Virus record (IMG/VR): IMGVR_UViG_3300042507_004106
Reading direction: 5' to 3' (one strand)
Origin: a virus
Lineage: Duplodnaviria > Caudoviricetes
Length of the DNA stretch: 64,000 nt
Shown in pieces: positions 8,457 through 17,601 of this stretch. The translations under genes and the position numbers were made by a program. The notes beneath the pieces were generated by a model. It did no database searches. It was given only the letters and a program-made list of their open reading frames with translations, and was not told the DNA's origin. Position 1 is the first letter of the stretch, and every line of letters begins with the position of its first letter.

Positions 8457-11400
8457 TCACGCATAACGGATAATGTATCCAAGAGCAATATATGGAGGTA
8501 GATTATTTGCAGATTGTATTGGGTGAGTATGAGCTACAGTATTACCTGCACCATCTCCACCAGATAGACCTGTTCCGCCTCCGTGTGAGTGAAATCCTCC
8601 ATTATTGGTCCTACCAGAATCTGGACCAGATCCTGTACCAGCAATAGCATATCTGTAGTTATCTTGGGAATAAGATCCAGTTCTTACCATATGCGGACGA
8701 CCCCCATTATCTACCAAGGAGTTAAATCTAGATCCTCCAATTTCACCACTATTAACTGTAAGGTGATTGTGATCTCCATCACCACCGATTGTGTGATTGT
8801 GTCTAGGTATTTGAGTTATACCAAGAGCAGTTCCATCAGTATTTCCAGTATGGTTATGAGTAGTTGTTCCCCCAGTTGCATTTCTAGCATAAGCACTTCC
8901 AGCACCAACAACAAATCTATCCATCAAGTTTGGAAGATTGAATGTTGTAGATCCATTCCCCGCACCAAAAGTTGTTCCAGTAATTGCGAACAAAGCACTA
9001 AATGTAGTTCTAGAAACTGCAGATCCATTACATAGTAACCATCCAGTTGGAACGCTAGTTACGTTTCCAGACCACATTACGACAGATCCTATTGGAGCAA
9101 TGCTTTGTGAATTAATCTGCCCTATTGTAGCAGTTCCAGTAATTGAAGCATTATTGGAAACATTCAAATCGGTTGTACTAGTAATACCAGTAACGATAGC
9201 ACCAGTTGAAGTGGTTTCAAGTTTCTTAGCATTATCAAAGTATAGTTCATTGTTACCATTCACTGAGAATTTAGCAAGAGTTTCTCCACCAATAGATTCA
9301 AAGCGAATATCTCCACTTAAATTTCTTAAGTAAAGATTACCAGTAGAATTGTCTACAAAACTATTAGTACCATTGGTATAGATTGAAAGATTAACACTAT
9401 CACCAAAGGTTAGTTTATTAGTGCCTTTTACGCTAATATTGTTGTAAACATTTGTTCCACCAAAAATATTGATAGAATCTACGTCAGTATTAGTAAATCT
9501 TACTTTTCCACTAAAGGTTGATTGTGCCTTAATTCTAAGATCCTTATTAAATGTTACAGGACCATCAAACTGCGACAATACTTGTCCAGAATCACCACCT
9601 TCAACAAGAAGTCTTTCTTTAACTGTTACTTCATCATATACTACGCTAAGTCTTGAAGGATCTTCACCAGTTACGGTTGGATTTGGAATATCGTATGAGA
9701 CAGTTTCTCCACTCGATGCAGAGGTCTTTGTATTTCCATTAAATACATCACCATCACTATTCATCGCAGTGTAAACAACTACACCACCAGAACGTTCTTG
9801 AGATTGTGCTAGGAAGTCTTCTCTTTCAGTAAGAGTCTTAACTTGTATCTGTGGTAAACCAGTTGAATAGTTACCTGGACCATATCCAAGGTATTCAAAC
9901 GTATGACCAGATGCTCTTAGAATTGAAGGTCTACGGAACTCAATAGCAACAGGATCAATCTTACGAATCAGCGATCCTGCATCATGGTTTTCTTGACGTG
10001 TACCGAGAGCACCACGAATAACGTTAATCTGAGTATTGTTATCGCTGCTTGTTACTCTCAGGATCTCATTATCAATTTGAATATAGGATCCTAAAGGTAA
10101 TCTGTTGGATGTAGCACCTACACCAAGAACACTAAATGTCGTTTCGGTTGTAATGGAAGAAGACAGAGTGAATGTTTCATTTGCATAGAATGGAACAGAT
10201 CTTGTTCCAATATTTTCACCATTTATATTAGAAACACCCTGGTTAGATGATAAACCGTGCTTCAGAATATAACCATTTGTTGCTGCTATTGATTTATTTG
10301 TTACGGCAGTAAACGTGTTTACTCCAACTCTCTCATTAACCAAATAATCACCCAAATTATTGTTGTTTGAATCAATTACTCTAAACTGATTGCCTGCAAC
10401 TAATCCGTGAGCAGATACTGTGGTGAACGTAGTAATCCCTGTCCTTGATGTGTAATCTGTTCCAGTAATTCTAACTGAAGGACCGACTAAGAATGCATAC
10501 TGACTAGAGAGAATCGTTGGATCTCCAGAAGTCTTAGCAATAGAAATAGTTGTTGCAGATCCAACAGAATTAATTCTGTAATAACCATCAGAGGTTGTTC
10601 CAGCACCAGTAAGTTGAATTACATCACCGATATTTGTGGAAATTCCTGATGTTACTACATTAAATCTAGCAGCACCATTACCAGCACCAATTCTAGTCTG
10701 ATCAAAGTAAAGAGCGCCAGCACTATAACCAGAACCAGGAGCGATAATTTCAGCAGAAGTTACAGAACCTCCACTTACTACAACTTTCGCAGTAGCACCT
10801 CCCCAACTTCCAGTTTGAGAACCATTCAGAAGTTTTACATTATAATATGTACCATTGCTATAAGATGCACCAGCAGTTAGCGAACTATACGTTACAATTC
10901 CTGCAAAACCGTGATTTCTTCCAAAGGTAATTGTTGCAATTCCACTGGTTGATACAACTGAAGATATTGTAAGACCGATACCAACACTCTTCAGCATCAA
11001 GTCAGATGCTTCTCTTGTAATACTCTTTTTCAGATCATTTGTTACAACATCACCAATTGGTGAACGTTTAGCAAAAGACTTCGCGGATGGAGGGTTTGCA
11101 TTTACATTATCTCGGTCTAGCTGTGGATAAAGATCTACAGGTAACTGACTGAACTTGAGATTTGTAAACTCTGATGGAACCGCGTTATTTGCGTCAAGAA
11201 CATACAGGTGATAAATTCCATCTTGAACATTATAAACATACTGAGAGATAACCTCATTTCTGTAAACATACAGGTTGCCCTGCATATCATTTCTTTCAAA
11301 TCTAGGTAGTTCTATATTTCTAACATTTACGTCACTTGTAAATGTTCCGGGTGTGTGAGCAACTCCAAAAACATCAGTTGTAGAATATTCAAATGTTACA

Positions 11401-14120
11401 TCATCAGTAACAGAAATCTGGAATAGTCCATTGTATCCTAGATTGTATTCACCAGTTGTATTTGTTGTACTCTTTACACTCTTAATTGCTACAATATCTC
11501 CAGTCTGAAGATTATGTGGAAGTTCAGAGATAACTGTGACTGTATTTGAAACAGCAGAGCAGGTACTAATAAATCTTGGGTTCTTATTATATCCATAATC
11601 TGTAGATGCAATACTTATTCTTGTGAAGTCTGCATTATTTCTAGCTCCAGTGGAACTTGAAGTCTGAATAATAAATCCATTTTCAGGATCTTTAGAATTT
11701 ACAAGTTCTTTTGGAATTACAACTCTAACCTTGTAGAGTTTTTCATCTAAACTTCTTTCATCAGAAATTCTCTTTACATAAACAAGATCGGTTGTGGTTC
11801 CATAAGTTGCAGTTCCACCAGATGCAAATGCATTATAGATTTGGTTGTTTGCATTAGTATGAATGAACCAACTTGAATTAACTGGATCAAACTGAACTGG
11901 CGATCCGATATCTCCAGATTCCTTATCAGATACTCTACTTAAGATACTTAGATTTGTTCCACCATATACTGTAAGTGTTTGGTTGGAAATTGAGTTTGTA
12001 TACGAAGTAGCAAGTTTGATTTCAGTTGCACTTGTACGAACAGCATAATATGTGCGATGAGCATCAATGTTTTCTGGATAATCTCCATCATCACTTATGA
12101 TGATAACTTTTTCACCAGTTTGAATCTTGTGATTTCCAAGAGTAAAGACACTTGATGTTAGCGAAGAAACTGGATATGATTTAACAGCACTAATGGTTCC
12201 GATTGCTGTTGTAAATCCACTGCTGGCGATAATATTATCGCACATATAGATATCGGATGAGAAAGTAGTGCCCGATCCTACAAAGTAAAGTTTATCATTC
12301 AGTCTAGCACCAATTCTATATCCCTGAGTCTGGGATGAAGGAGCACTATCTGATGCAGTGAAACCAGCAAGATATAAATGACTGGAGATACCTACAGAGG
12401 TAGTAAGACCTACATCCAGTGATAACCACTCAATATCATCTTCTTCAGTTGTATCAACTGCTCTTGGAGGAATAATCGCAGTGATGAATGCATTATTATC
12501 TTTATCAAATGCTGCTCTTCTAAATCCTGCAGAGTTCAGTGAGATTTGACCAAAGTTGGAGTTAGAGTTGGTAATAGAGGCATCACCACCACTTTCTGCA
12601 TCAAAATGTTTGGTGAATCCGATCGCAAATACAGAAACTACCTGAATGAATGCATCATTACTGATCTTGATATGACTTGTTTCCCATCCAGATCTGTAAA
12701 CTGCATCTGAATCTAAATGGTATACTTGGTTAGAATCTGTTTGAGAAGCACCTTCCGCAAGAGAAGATCCATAAACAGGAACGATTGGGTTTACGCCTTG
12801 ATAAGTTCTAGATGTCTTATCATATTTTACAAATGCACGGTCATCCTTTTGTAGAGAAACCGCAGTAAACTGTGCAACAACGGTACTTCTAAATCCAGAT
12901 GCTTTGCTTCCATCGGCATGAAGACCATTCATGCCCCATACTGAACGTAGAGAACAGTTAAAGATGTATGGAGAAGCTCCAGAAACAGTATCCGTTTCAA
13001 TTGTTACCGTTGCTGATGATGCACTTGGACTTGGATTGATGTTTGGATAAGATGCTAATCCAGGTAGCAAGTAAGTAAATGTTGTGTCGCTAAGTATATT
13101 TTGAACTTTCGTCGAAATATTATATGGTGCAGTTACACCAGATCCACTGACTCCTCTAATCTTGATTGGAGTTCCTACGTTTAAACCATGAGCTTCTTCT
13201 GTTGTAACGGTAACAACCGAGTTAGCAGTGCTTCCATTTCCAGAAATGATGGAAGTAATTGTAATAGGATCTGAAGCAAATGCACCAACGATTTCCCATT
13301 CTGGGCGTTGCTTTGCAAATCCTTCACTATCAACTGGGAACTTCTGATCAATATCACGAATTGCATTATATGCATTACAAACCTTACTGTAATACATATC
13401 AAGGTCTGTAAGACCATAAGTACCAATTTTGTTTACACCATCACAGAACTCAAAGCAAGTGAGTTTGTGGTGTGAAAATACTGGAGTTGATTGATATGCT
13501 GCGCCAAAGTTATCTGGATTTGTATATACGAGACCAGTATCATCACCATCAAACATGGAGAACTGCCAGAAGTAGCAGGCACCAGTAATTCTAAAGAGAG
13601 CAGAATTATTAACAGAAGAATCTGTTGGATTTGGAACATATTTTGGTCTGATTTTTGTCTTACGAAGATCTAGACCAATAATTGAAGTTCCTCTTGGAAC
13701 AACAACACCACCATAATAACTGTTAAACTTATAAAGAATATTGTCTTCTTGAGTTAAGTCAAAGTTTGAATCTAGATCAAGAGATAGAACAGAAGATGCT
13801 AAAACTCCTGCTCCCCCCGCTCTAGAGACTGCAAAAGCAGCCCCACCATTGTCGTAAATTGCATATCCAGGTCTGTTATCAACTACGTGCTCTCCTGGAA
13901 ATAGAAGAATTGTAGTTTTTTCTACTAAATCATTATTATCACCCTTCACATAAGAGAATCTCGCTGCTTCTATGAGAGCTCTCTGAATAGTTTTAAATGG
14001 TTTAGCAAGAGAATTTCCCTGATTCGTAATTGAATCTGTAGCATCAAGATCATTGGGATTTACATATAAAATGCGACCTTCAGTGTTCTTGATAAAGTTA
14101 TCTAACTTATTCAGAGGCAT
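8457..14120 (-). CDS. Large virion structural protein with C-terminal tail-collar domain
   Basis: 1887 aa; MPLNKLDNFIKNTEGRILYV N-terminus; PIGSVVMWSG...PTGWLLCNGSAVSRTTFSALF...FNLPNL collar; HxH motifs and NLPPYIALGYII end. Confidence 0.85.
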   Translation of the reverse strand: MPLNKLDNFIKNTEGRILYVNPNDLDATDSITNQGNSLAKPFKTIQRALIEAARFSYVKGDNNDLVEKTTILLFPGEHVVDNRPGYAIYDNGGAAFAVSRAGGAGVLASSVLSLDLDSNFDLTQEDNILYKFNSYYGGVVVPRGTSIIGLDLRKTKIRPKYVPNPTDSSVNNSALFRITGACYFWQFSMFDGDDTGLVYTNPDNFGAAYQSTPVFSHHKLTCFEFCDGVNKIGTYGLTDLDMYYSKVCNAYNAIRDIDQKFPVDSEGFAKQRPEWEIVGAFASDPITITSIISGNGSTANSVVTVTTEEAHGLNVGTPIKIRGVSGSGVTAPYNISTKVQNILSDTTFTYLLPGLASYPNINPSPSASSATVTIETDTVSGASPYIFNCSLRSVWGMNGLHADGSKASGFRSTVVAQFTAVSLQKDDRAFVKYDKTSRTYQGVNPIVPVYGSSLAEGASQTDSNQVYHLDSDAVYRSGWETSHIKISNDAFIQVVSVFAIGFTKHFDAESGGDASITNSNSNFGQISLNSAGFRRAAFDKDNNAFITAIIPPRAVDTTEEDDIEWLSLDVGLTTSVGISSHLYLAGFTASDSAPSSQTQGYRIGARLNDKLYFVGSGTTFSSDIYMCDNIIASSGFTTAIGTISAVKSYPVSSLTSSVFTLGNHKIQTGEKVIIISDDGDYPENIDAHRTYYAVRTSATEIKLATSYTNSISNQTLTVYGGTNLSILSRVSDKESGDIGSPVQFDPVNSSWFIHTNANNQIYNAFASGGTATYGTTTDLVYVKRISDERSLDEKLYKVRVVIPKELVNSKDPENGFIIQTSSSTGARNNADFTRISIASTDYGYNKNPRFISTCSAVSNTVTVISELPHNLQTGDIVAIKSVKSTTNTTGEYNLGYNGLFQISVTDDVTFEYSTTDVFGVAHTPGTFTSDVNVRNIELPRFERNDMQGNLYVYRNEVISQYVYNVQDGIYHLYVLDANNAVPSEFTNLKFSQLPVDLYPQLDRDNVNANPPSAKSFAKRSPIGDVVTNDLKKSITREASDLMLKSVGIGLTISSVVSTSGIATITFGRNHGFAGIVTYSSLTAGASYSNGTYYNVKLLNGSQTGSWGGATAKVVVSGGSVTSAEIIAPGSGYSAGALYFDQTRIGAGNGAARFNVVTSGISTNIGDVIQLTGAGTTSDGYYRINSVGSATTISIAKTSGDPTILSSQYAFLVGPSVRITGTDYTSRTGITTFTTVSAHGLVAGNQFRVIDSNNNNLGDYLVNERVGVNTFTAVTNKSIAATNGYILKHGLSSNQGVSNINGENIGTRSVPFYANETFTLSSSITTETTFSVLGVGATSNRLPLGSYIQIDNEILRVTSSDNNTQINVIRGALGTRQENHDAGSLIRKIDPVAIEFRRPSILRASGHTFEYLGYGPGNYSTGLPQIQVKTLTEREDFLAQSQERSGGVVVYTAMNSDGDVFNGNTKTSASSGETVSYDIPNPTVTGEDPSRLSVVYDEVTVKERLLVEGGDSGQVLSQFDGPVTFNKDLRIKAQSTFSGKVRFTNTDVDSINIFGGTNVYNNISVKGTNKLTFGDSVNLSIYTNGTNSFVDNSTGNLYLRNLSGDIRFESIGGETLAKFSVNGNNELYFDNAKKLETTSTGAIVTGITSTTDLNVSNNASITGTATIGQINSQSIAPIGSVVMWSGNVTSVPTGWLLCNGSAVSRTTFSALFAITGTTFGAGNGSTTFNLPNLMDRFVVGAGSAYARNATGGTTTHNHTGNTDGTALGITQIPRHNHTIGGDGDHNHLTVNSGEIGGSRFNSLVDNGGRPHMVRTGSYSQDNYRYAIAGTGSGPDSGRTNNGGFHSHGGGTGLSGGDGAGNTVAHTHPIQSANNLPPYIALGYIIRYA

Positions 14121-14155
14121 TGTATTATGACTTCTAAATTATTTCTATGTTTTAT

Positions 14156-14458
14156 TTATGAAGTCAAATCCTCCCCATATTCAGTTTCAAAATCATCTGG
14201 TAGATCTTCTGGATTTTCTAACTCTACAGGAAACAGCATTGGATGTGCTTCCTCATCTATGAGGTAGAAAGAGTTTCTGTATAAATCGTCTGGTTCATAT
14301 GTACGTTGTTTATCTGCTTCTCTACAAAGATCTTGATCATATAAGTGCCCTTCTGGAAGTTCGTCAAATGTGAATGGAACGTGATTGATAAAATACATCT
14401 TCACAATCATACTGCCATCGTTATACCAACAGTATGCGTGATCGATACGATAAGACAT
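14156..14458 (-). CDS. Hypothetical protein
   Basis: 100-aa ORF; AATAAATA upstream. Confidence 0.7.
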   Translation of the reverse strand: MSYRIDHAYCWYNDGSMIVKMYFINHVPFTFDELPEGHLYDQDLCREADKQRTYEPDDLYRNSFYLIDEEAHPMLFPVELENPEDLPDDFETEYGEDLTS

Positions 14459-14492
14459 AGGACTTACTCCCGTATCTTATATTTATTTTTGA

Positions 14493-14565
14493 TAGGCGTG
14501 GTCGGATTCGAACCGACCCTGGAGGCGTTTTAAGCGCCCTGTCTCTGCCGCTGGACTACACGCCC
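14493..14565 (-). tRNA. tRNA-Leu(UAA) with short variable loop
   Basis: GGGCGTG/CACGCCT acceptor, A73; GGGCG-CTTAAAA-CGCCT anticodon arm; GTCGG-TTCGAAT-CCGAC T-arm; CCA not encoded. Confidence 0.85.
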
Positions 14566-14577
14566 GTGTATAAGACC

Positions 14578-14606
14578 ATTATAACTCTTAGAGTTGCAGT
14601 GGTCAA
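14578..14606 (-). promoter_or_regulatory. Sigma70-type promoter TTGACC-N17-TATAAT directly upstream of tRNA-Leu
   Basis: Near-consensus boxes; AACTC-TTA-GAGTT palindrome across the spacer. Confidence 0.7.
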
Positions 14607-14607
14607 G

Positions 14608-14679
14608 TGCTCGTTGTCGGTTCTGCCCCGACCTTCGATCGTTTATGAGACGATTGCATTCCTAGATTGCTAAACGAGC
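14608..14679 (-). tRNA. tRNA with CAU anticodon (Met or Ile2) and non-canonical T-loop
   Basis: GCTCGTT/AACGAGC acceptor, A73; ATCGT-CTCATAA-ACGAT; T-arm GTCGG-GGCAGAA-CCGAC. Confidence 0.7.
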
Positions 14680-15044
14680 GTGATTAGACCTTCGTGTATT
14701 TTACGATGACAATTTGCACAAACTAAAATACATTTAGAAATTTCTTCTTGAATTTTTTGCCAAGAATTTCCTTGTATCATTTGTGCTACACCCTTCTCTT
14801 TTACATTTGGATCCAAATGATGATAATCCATACAACACGCTGGATGATATTCACCACAAGCAGAACAACAAATATTTTCTTTCAAGTTTGTAAGATTTTT
14901 TTTGTTTTGTTTTGCTCGATTTTGCCTGTTTGCGTAATGTCGTGCCTTGTATTCTGGGTCGTTTTTAAGTTTATCTCTTAACCAATTACGTTGATACTCT
15001 CGTATCACATCACAATCAGCAGAAGTTTTTCTTTTTCTAGGCAT
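14670..15044 (-). mobile_element. HNH endonuclease inserted in the tRNA cluster
   Basis: CSACG...MDYHHLDP...KCILVCANCHRKIH, a Zn-binding HNH pattern. Confidence 0.85.
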
Positions 15045-15057
15045 ATTAAGTTATAAG

Positions 15058-15090
15058 TAACTCATAACTATTTATGAAAGTTATGAGTTA
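15058..15090 (-). promoter_or_regulatory. 12-bp inverted repeat with late promoter CATAAATA, upstream of the HNH gene
   Basis: TAACTCATAACT (15058-15069) / AGTTATGAGTTA (15079-15090); CATAAATA at 15069-15076. Confidence 0.7.
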
Positions 15091-15118
15091 TTCGCTATTC
15101 GCAAATAACGAATAGCAA

Positions 15119-15206
15119 TACGAGTGCCTGGATTCGAACCAGGTCAAAGCCGCTAATCTGGCGGAAAGAGTTTATAAGACTCCTCTGACTACCAAGTCTC
15201 ACTCGC
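15119..15206 (-). tRNA. tRNA-Ile(UAU) with long variable arm
   Basis: GCGAGTG/CACTCGT acceptor, A73; GGAGT-CTTATAA-ACTCT; variable stem CCGC/GCGG; CCTGG-TTCGAAT-CCAGG T-arm. Confidence 0.8.
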
Positions 15207-15214
15207 TTCTGCGT

Positions 15215-15388
15215 TTATGATGCCTCGTTGTTTAACTCAGTGTGTATTCGTATGAGGTCATCATCCGCAGGAACCATAATTGCCGCTCTACCATTTTCAT
15301 CAATTATACCTAATCGTTCTCCGTTTTCCACTCTCTCAATTAGTTCGTCAAACCTCTCTTGAAATTCTTCCACCGTGAAAACTTCCAT
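15215..15388 (-). CDS. Phd/YefM antitoxin-like small protein (57 aa)
   Basis: MEVFTVEEFQERFDELIERVENGERLGIIDENGRAAIMVP fits the Phd N-terminal pattern; read manually. Confidence 0.6.
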   Translation of the reverse strand: MEVFTVEEFQERFDELIERVENGERLGIIDENGRAAIMVPADDDLIRIHTELNNEAS

Positions 15389-15419
15389 TCGTTTCTTTGT
15401 CGATATTTATATTATAGCA

Positions 15420-15620
15420 TCATTGCCCATAAACTGCAAGATCAGCATACTCAATTTGCTCAGGATCCAATTGTGCAGTCACAACTTCCAACACATTCAT
15501 AAACTCTTCTACAGTATCGCACTCCACCAGGCGCTCACTACCTTGATCGCTCAGAAGAAGAAAGGTGCGGGTGCAGACATCAATCACAATACCTTGGACG
15601 GTCTCTTGTGCGGTGCTCAT
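15420..15620 (-). CDS. Hypothetical protein
   Basis: 66-aa acidic ORF immediately after an early promoter. Confidence 0.7.
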   Translation of the reverse strand: MSTAQETVQGIVIDVCTRTFLLLSDQGSERLVECDTVEEFMNVLEVVTAQLDPEQIEYADLAVYGQ

Positions 15621-15646
15621 TGGGGAGTTTCGTTGATTACCCCCAT

Positions 15647-15675
15647 ATTATAGGGCGTCTGGCGCTGGGCGTCAA
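15647..15675 (-). promoter_or_regulatory. Sigma70-type promoter TTGACG-N17-TATAAT heading the Phd/tRNA unit
   Basis: Near-consensus boxes with 17-nt spacer. Confidence 0.75.
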
Positions 15676-15681
15676 GGGGTC

Positions 15682-16359
15682 TTAAGGATAAGTTTTGATT
15701 ATCTCAATGGCTCCCCGTATTCGGGTATTCTCTTCTCCCAATATACGGACTGTAGAATTATGGGCGTATCTTTCAATTTCATATTCGCGCCTCTCAGATT
15801 TTACTTGATTTGCTCCTGTGACCAAACTGTTTAATTGACTTCTAAGTGAAACAATTTGATTTTGTCTTGAAGTAATGGATGATGCGTGAGACACACAAAC
15901 TGAAGAAGTGCAAGGTATTCTATAACAATTTGATAAGTCTCCATACAAACTTCCTATACCTGTTTGAGAAGAATCACTTTGAGTATAAACCAAATACGTT
16001 CCAATTCCAGCGTTAGATTGAACTAAAATGGTATTTGAACTATCAAAAGGATCATCACCATCATATGCCGAATTAGAAATATTCTCACTATAAACTCTAA
16101 CAACATCAGGATAGACAGTTGTTACTCCAACGGTTGTTCCACATCCAACTGCATATGCATTAGTTGATAAAGAAACAATTTCTTGTTGAAGAGTATTGAT
16201 TTCTGCGGTGATTGAAACAATTTTTGAATCTACATTTGTGCAAGGTGATGAAAATAAGTCAATATTTTCTTGAGTTTCAACTTTACTATCCTGTAAAGTT
16301 TCTATTGCACCATTATTTGAAACTATTTTTTGTTCTAGAACTTCAGTTAGAAATTTCAT
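15682..16359 (-). CDS. Hypothetical (probably virion) protein
   Basis: 225 aa with coiled-coil segments; last gene of the baseplate operon. Confidence 0.7.
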   Translation of the reverse strand: MKFLTEVLEQKIVSNNGAIETLQDSKVETQENIDLFSSPCTNVDSKIVSITAEINTLQQEIVSLSTNAYAVGCGTTVGVTTVYPDVVRVYSENISNSAYDGDDPFDSSNTILVQSNAGIGTYLVYTQSDSSQTGIGSLYGDLSNCYRIPCTSSVCVSHASSITSRQNQIVSLRSQLNSLVTGANQVKSERREYEIERYAHNSTVRILGEENTRIRGAIEIIKTYP

Positions 16360-17020
16360 TTACTTTCTCCTTCAATTCTTCAATTTGTTTTTGCTGCTCT
16401 TTAATTGCTTCAATCAGAAGACCCACCAGGTTTCCATATTGAACACCTTTGAATCCATCAGGATTATCACCAACAACTTGTGGAATGACTTTTTCTACCT
16501 CTTGAGCAATGACCCCGATTTGTTTTTTATGATCTTCTTTGAACTCAAATTCAACTCCACGAAGAGAAGATACTTTATCTATAGCATTTTCAATCGTCTT
16601 TATGTTTTCCTTGAGTCTTTCGTCAGAAGAAGGTAGTTTTTTTGCTAGAGCAATTTCAGCTTCAAGATTTTTTCCGTTTACATATACTCTTCCAATCAGA
16701 TTAGTTCTACCAACAACAGTCAAATTTCTAGATATGAAACTGAGACCACCAAAAAGATACGCTCCAGAAAAGTTTATAATTTTTCCACCAGTTCCAATGA
16801 TATTCGGAACATAAGGTTTCTTATCAAAAGGATTAATAACCATAAACAAGTTTCCACAAATCGCCTTTTCTCCAAGTGTTAGAGAATTGCTTTGTGCTAC
16901 TAGTTGCCCGGTAACTTTTACATTTTGATTAAATGTAGTATTGTCATGATAAAATTTTTCCTTGCCGATCGCAGGGAAAATTGGAAATCCTAAAAGATCA
17001 AATAAAGTTTTTACAGACAT
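16343..17020 (-). CDS. Protein with C-terminal peptidase S74 (intramolecular chaperone) domain
   Basis: SSDERLKENIKTIENAIDKVSSLRGVEF...IGVIAQEVEKVIP...VQYGNLVGLLIEAIKE. Confidence 0.85.
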   Translation of the reverse strand: MSVKTLFDLLGFPIFPAIGKEKFYHDNTTFNQNVKVTGQLVAQSNSLTLGEKAICGNLFMVINPFDKKPYVPNIIGTGGKIINFSGAYLFGGLSFISRNLTVVGRTNLIGRVYVNGKNLEAEIALAKKLPSSDERLKENIKTIENAIDKVSSLRGVEFEFKEDHKKQIGVIAQEVEKVIPQVVGDNPDGFKGVQYGNLVGLLIEAIKEQQKQIEELKEKVNEISN

Positions 17021-17601
17021 TATGCTATACCTACAAAACTACTGACTGCACCAAGAACATCTAAACCACCAAGGAATACATCATCAATATATTCTGCACC
17101 AACTGGAGAAAGTGCAAATGCTCTTTTACCAAATGTATCTAGAATAGCATTTCCTGTGAGTGCAACCTGATCTATTTTATTTGCTTTTTGAATAATTCTT
17201 CCTGCACCAGAAACTAGATTAATATTTCTACCAGCTTTGAGGTCTAGATCCTCAACAGCCTCAATCATAATGGTTTTTCCTTTTATTTTTACCGTCCCAT
17301 TACTCATCGCAGTGATACAAATGTCTCCACCCATTCCAGTGAGACATATATCAACATTTCCATCCGATCCAGTATTCCCCGCGACAATTTCAATACCTTT
17401 ATCATTAAACATTCTAAAGGTACCAGTCTCGCTAAAAGATTGCAAATGGACATCATTACCACCTTTTGTCCAAGCATATAATGAATAGACCGATGAACCA
17501 TCAGATCCAATCATAGGATCATTGGTTGTGATTCTAAAATTCGGACCAATACTTATATAATCTTTAGCTTCGTAATTAAGTTGTGTGCTCATTTTATACA
17601 A
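17020..17601 (-). CDS. Baseplate hub/spike-associated protein (gp5 C-terminal beta-helix-like)
   Basis: Follows gp5; IxIxA/LxLxAG repeats. Confidence 0.55.
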   Translation of the reverse strand: MYKMSTQLNYEAKDYISIGPNFRITTNDPMIGSDGSSVYSLYAWTKGGNDVHLQSFSETGTFRMFNDKGIEIVAGNTGSDGNVDICLTGMGGDICITAMSNGTVKIKGKTIMIEAVEDLDLKAGRNINLVSGAGRIIQKANKIDQVALTGNAILDTFGKRAFALSPVGAEYIDDVFLGGLDVLGAVSSFVGIA

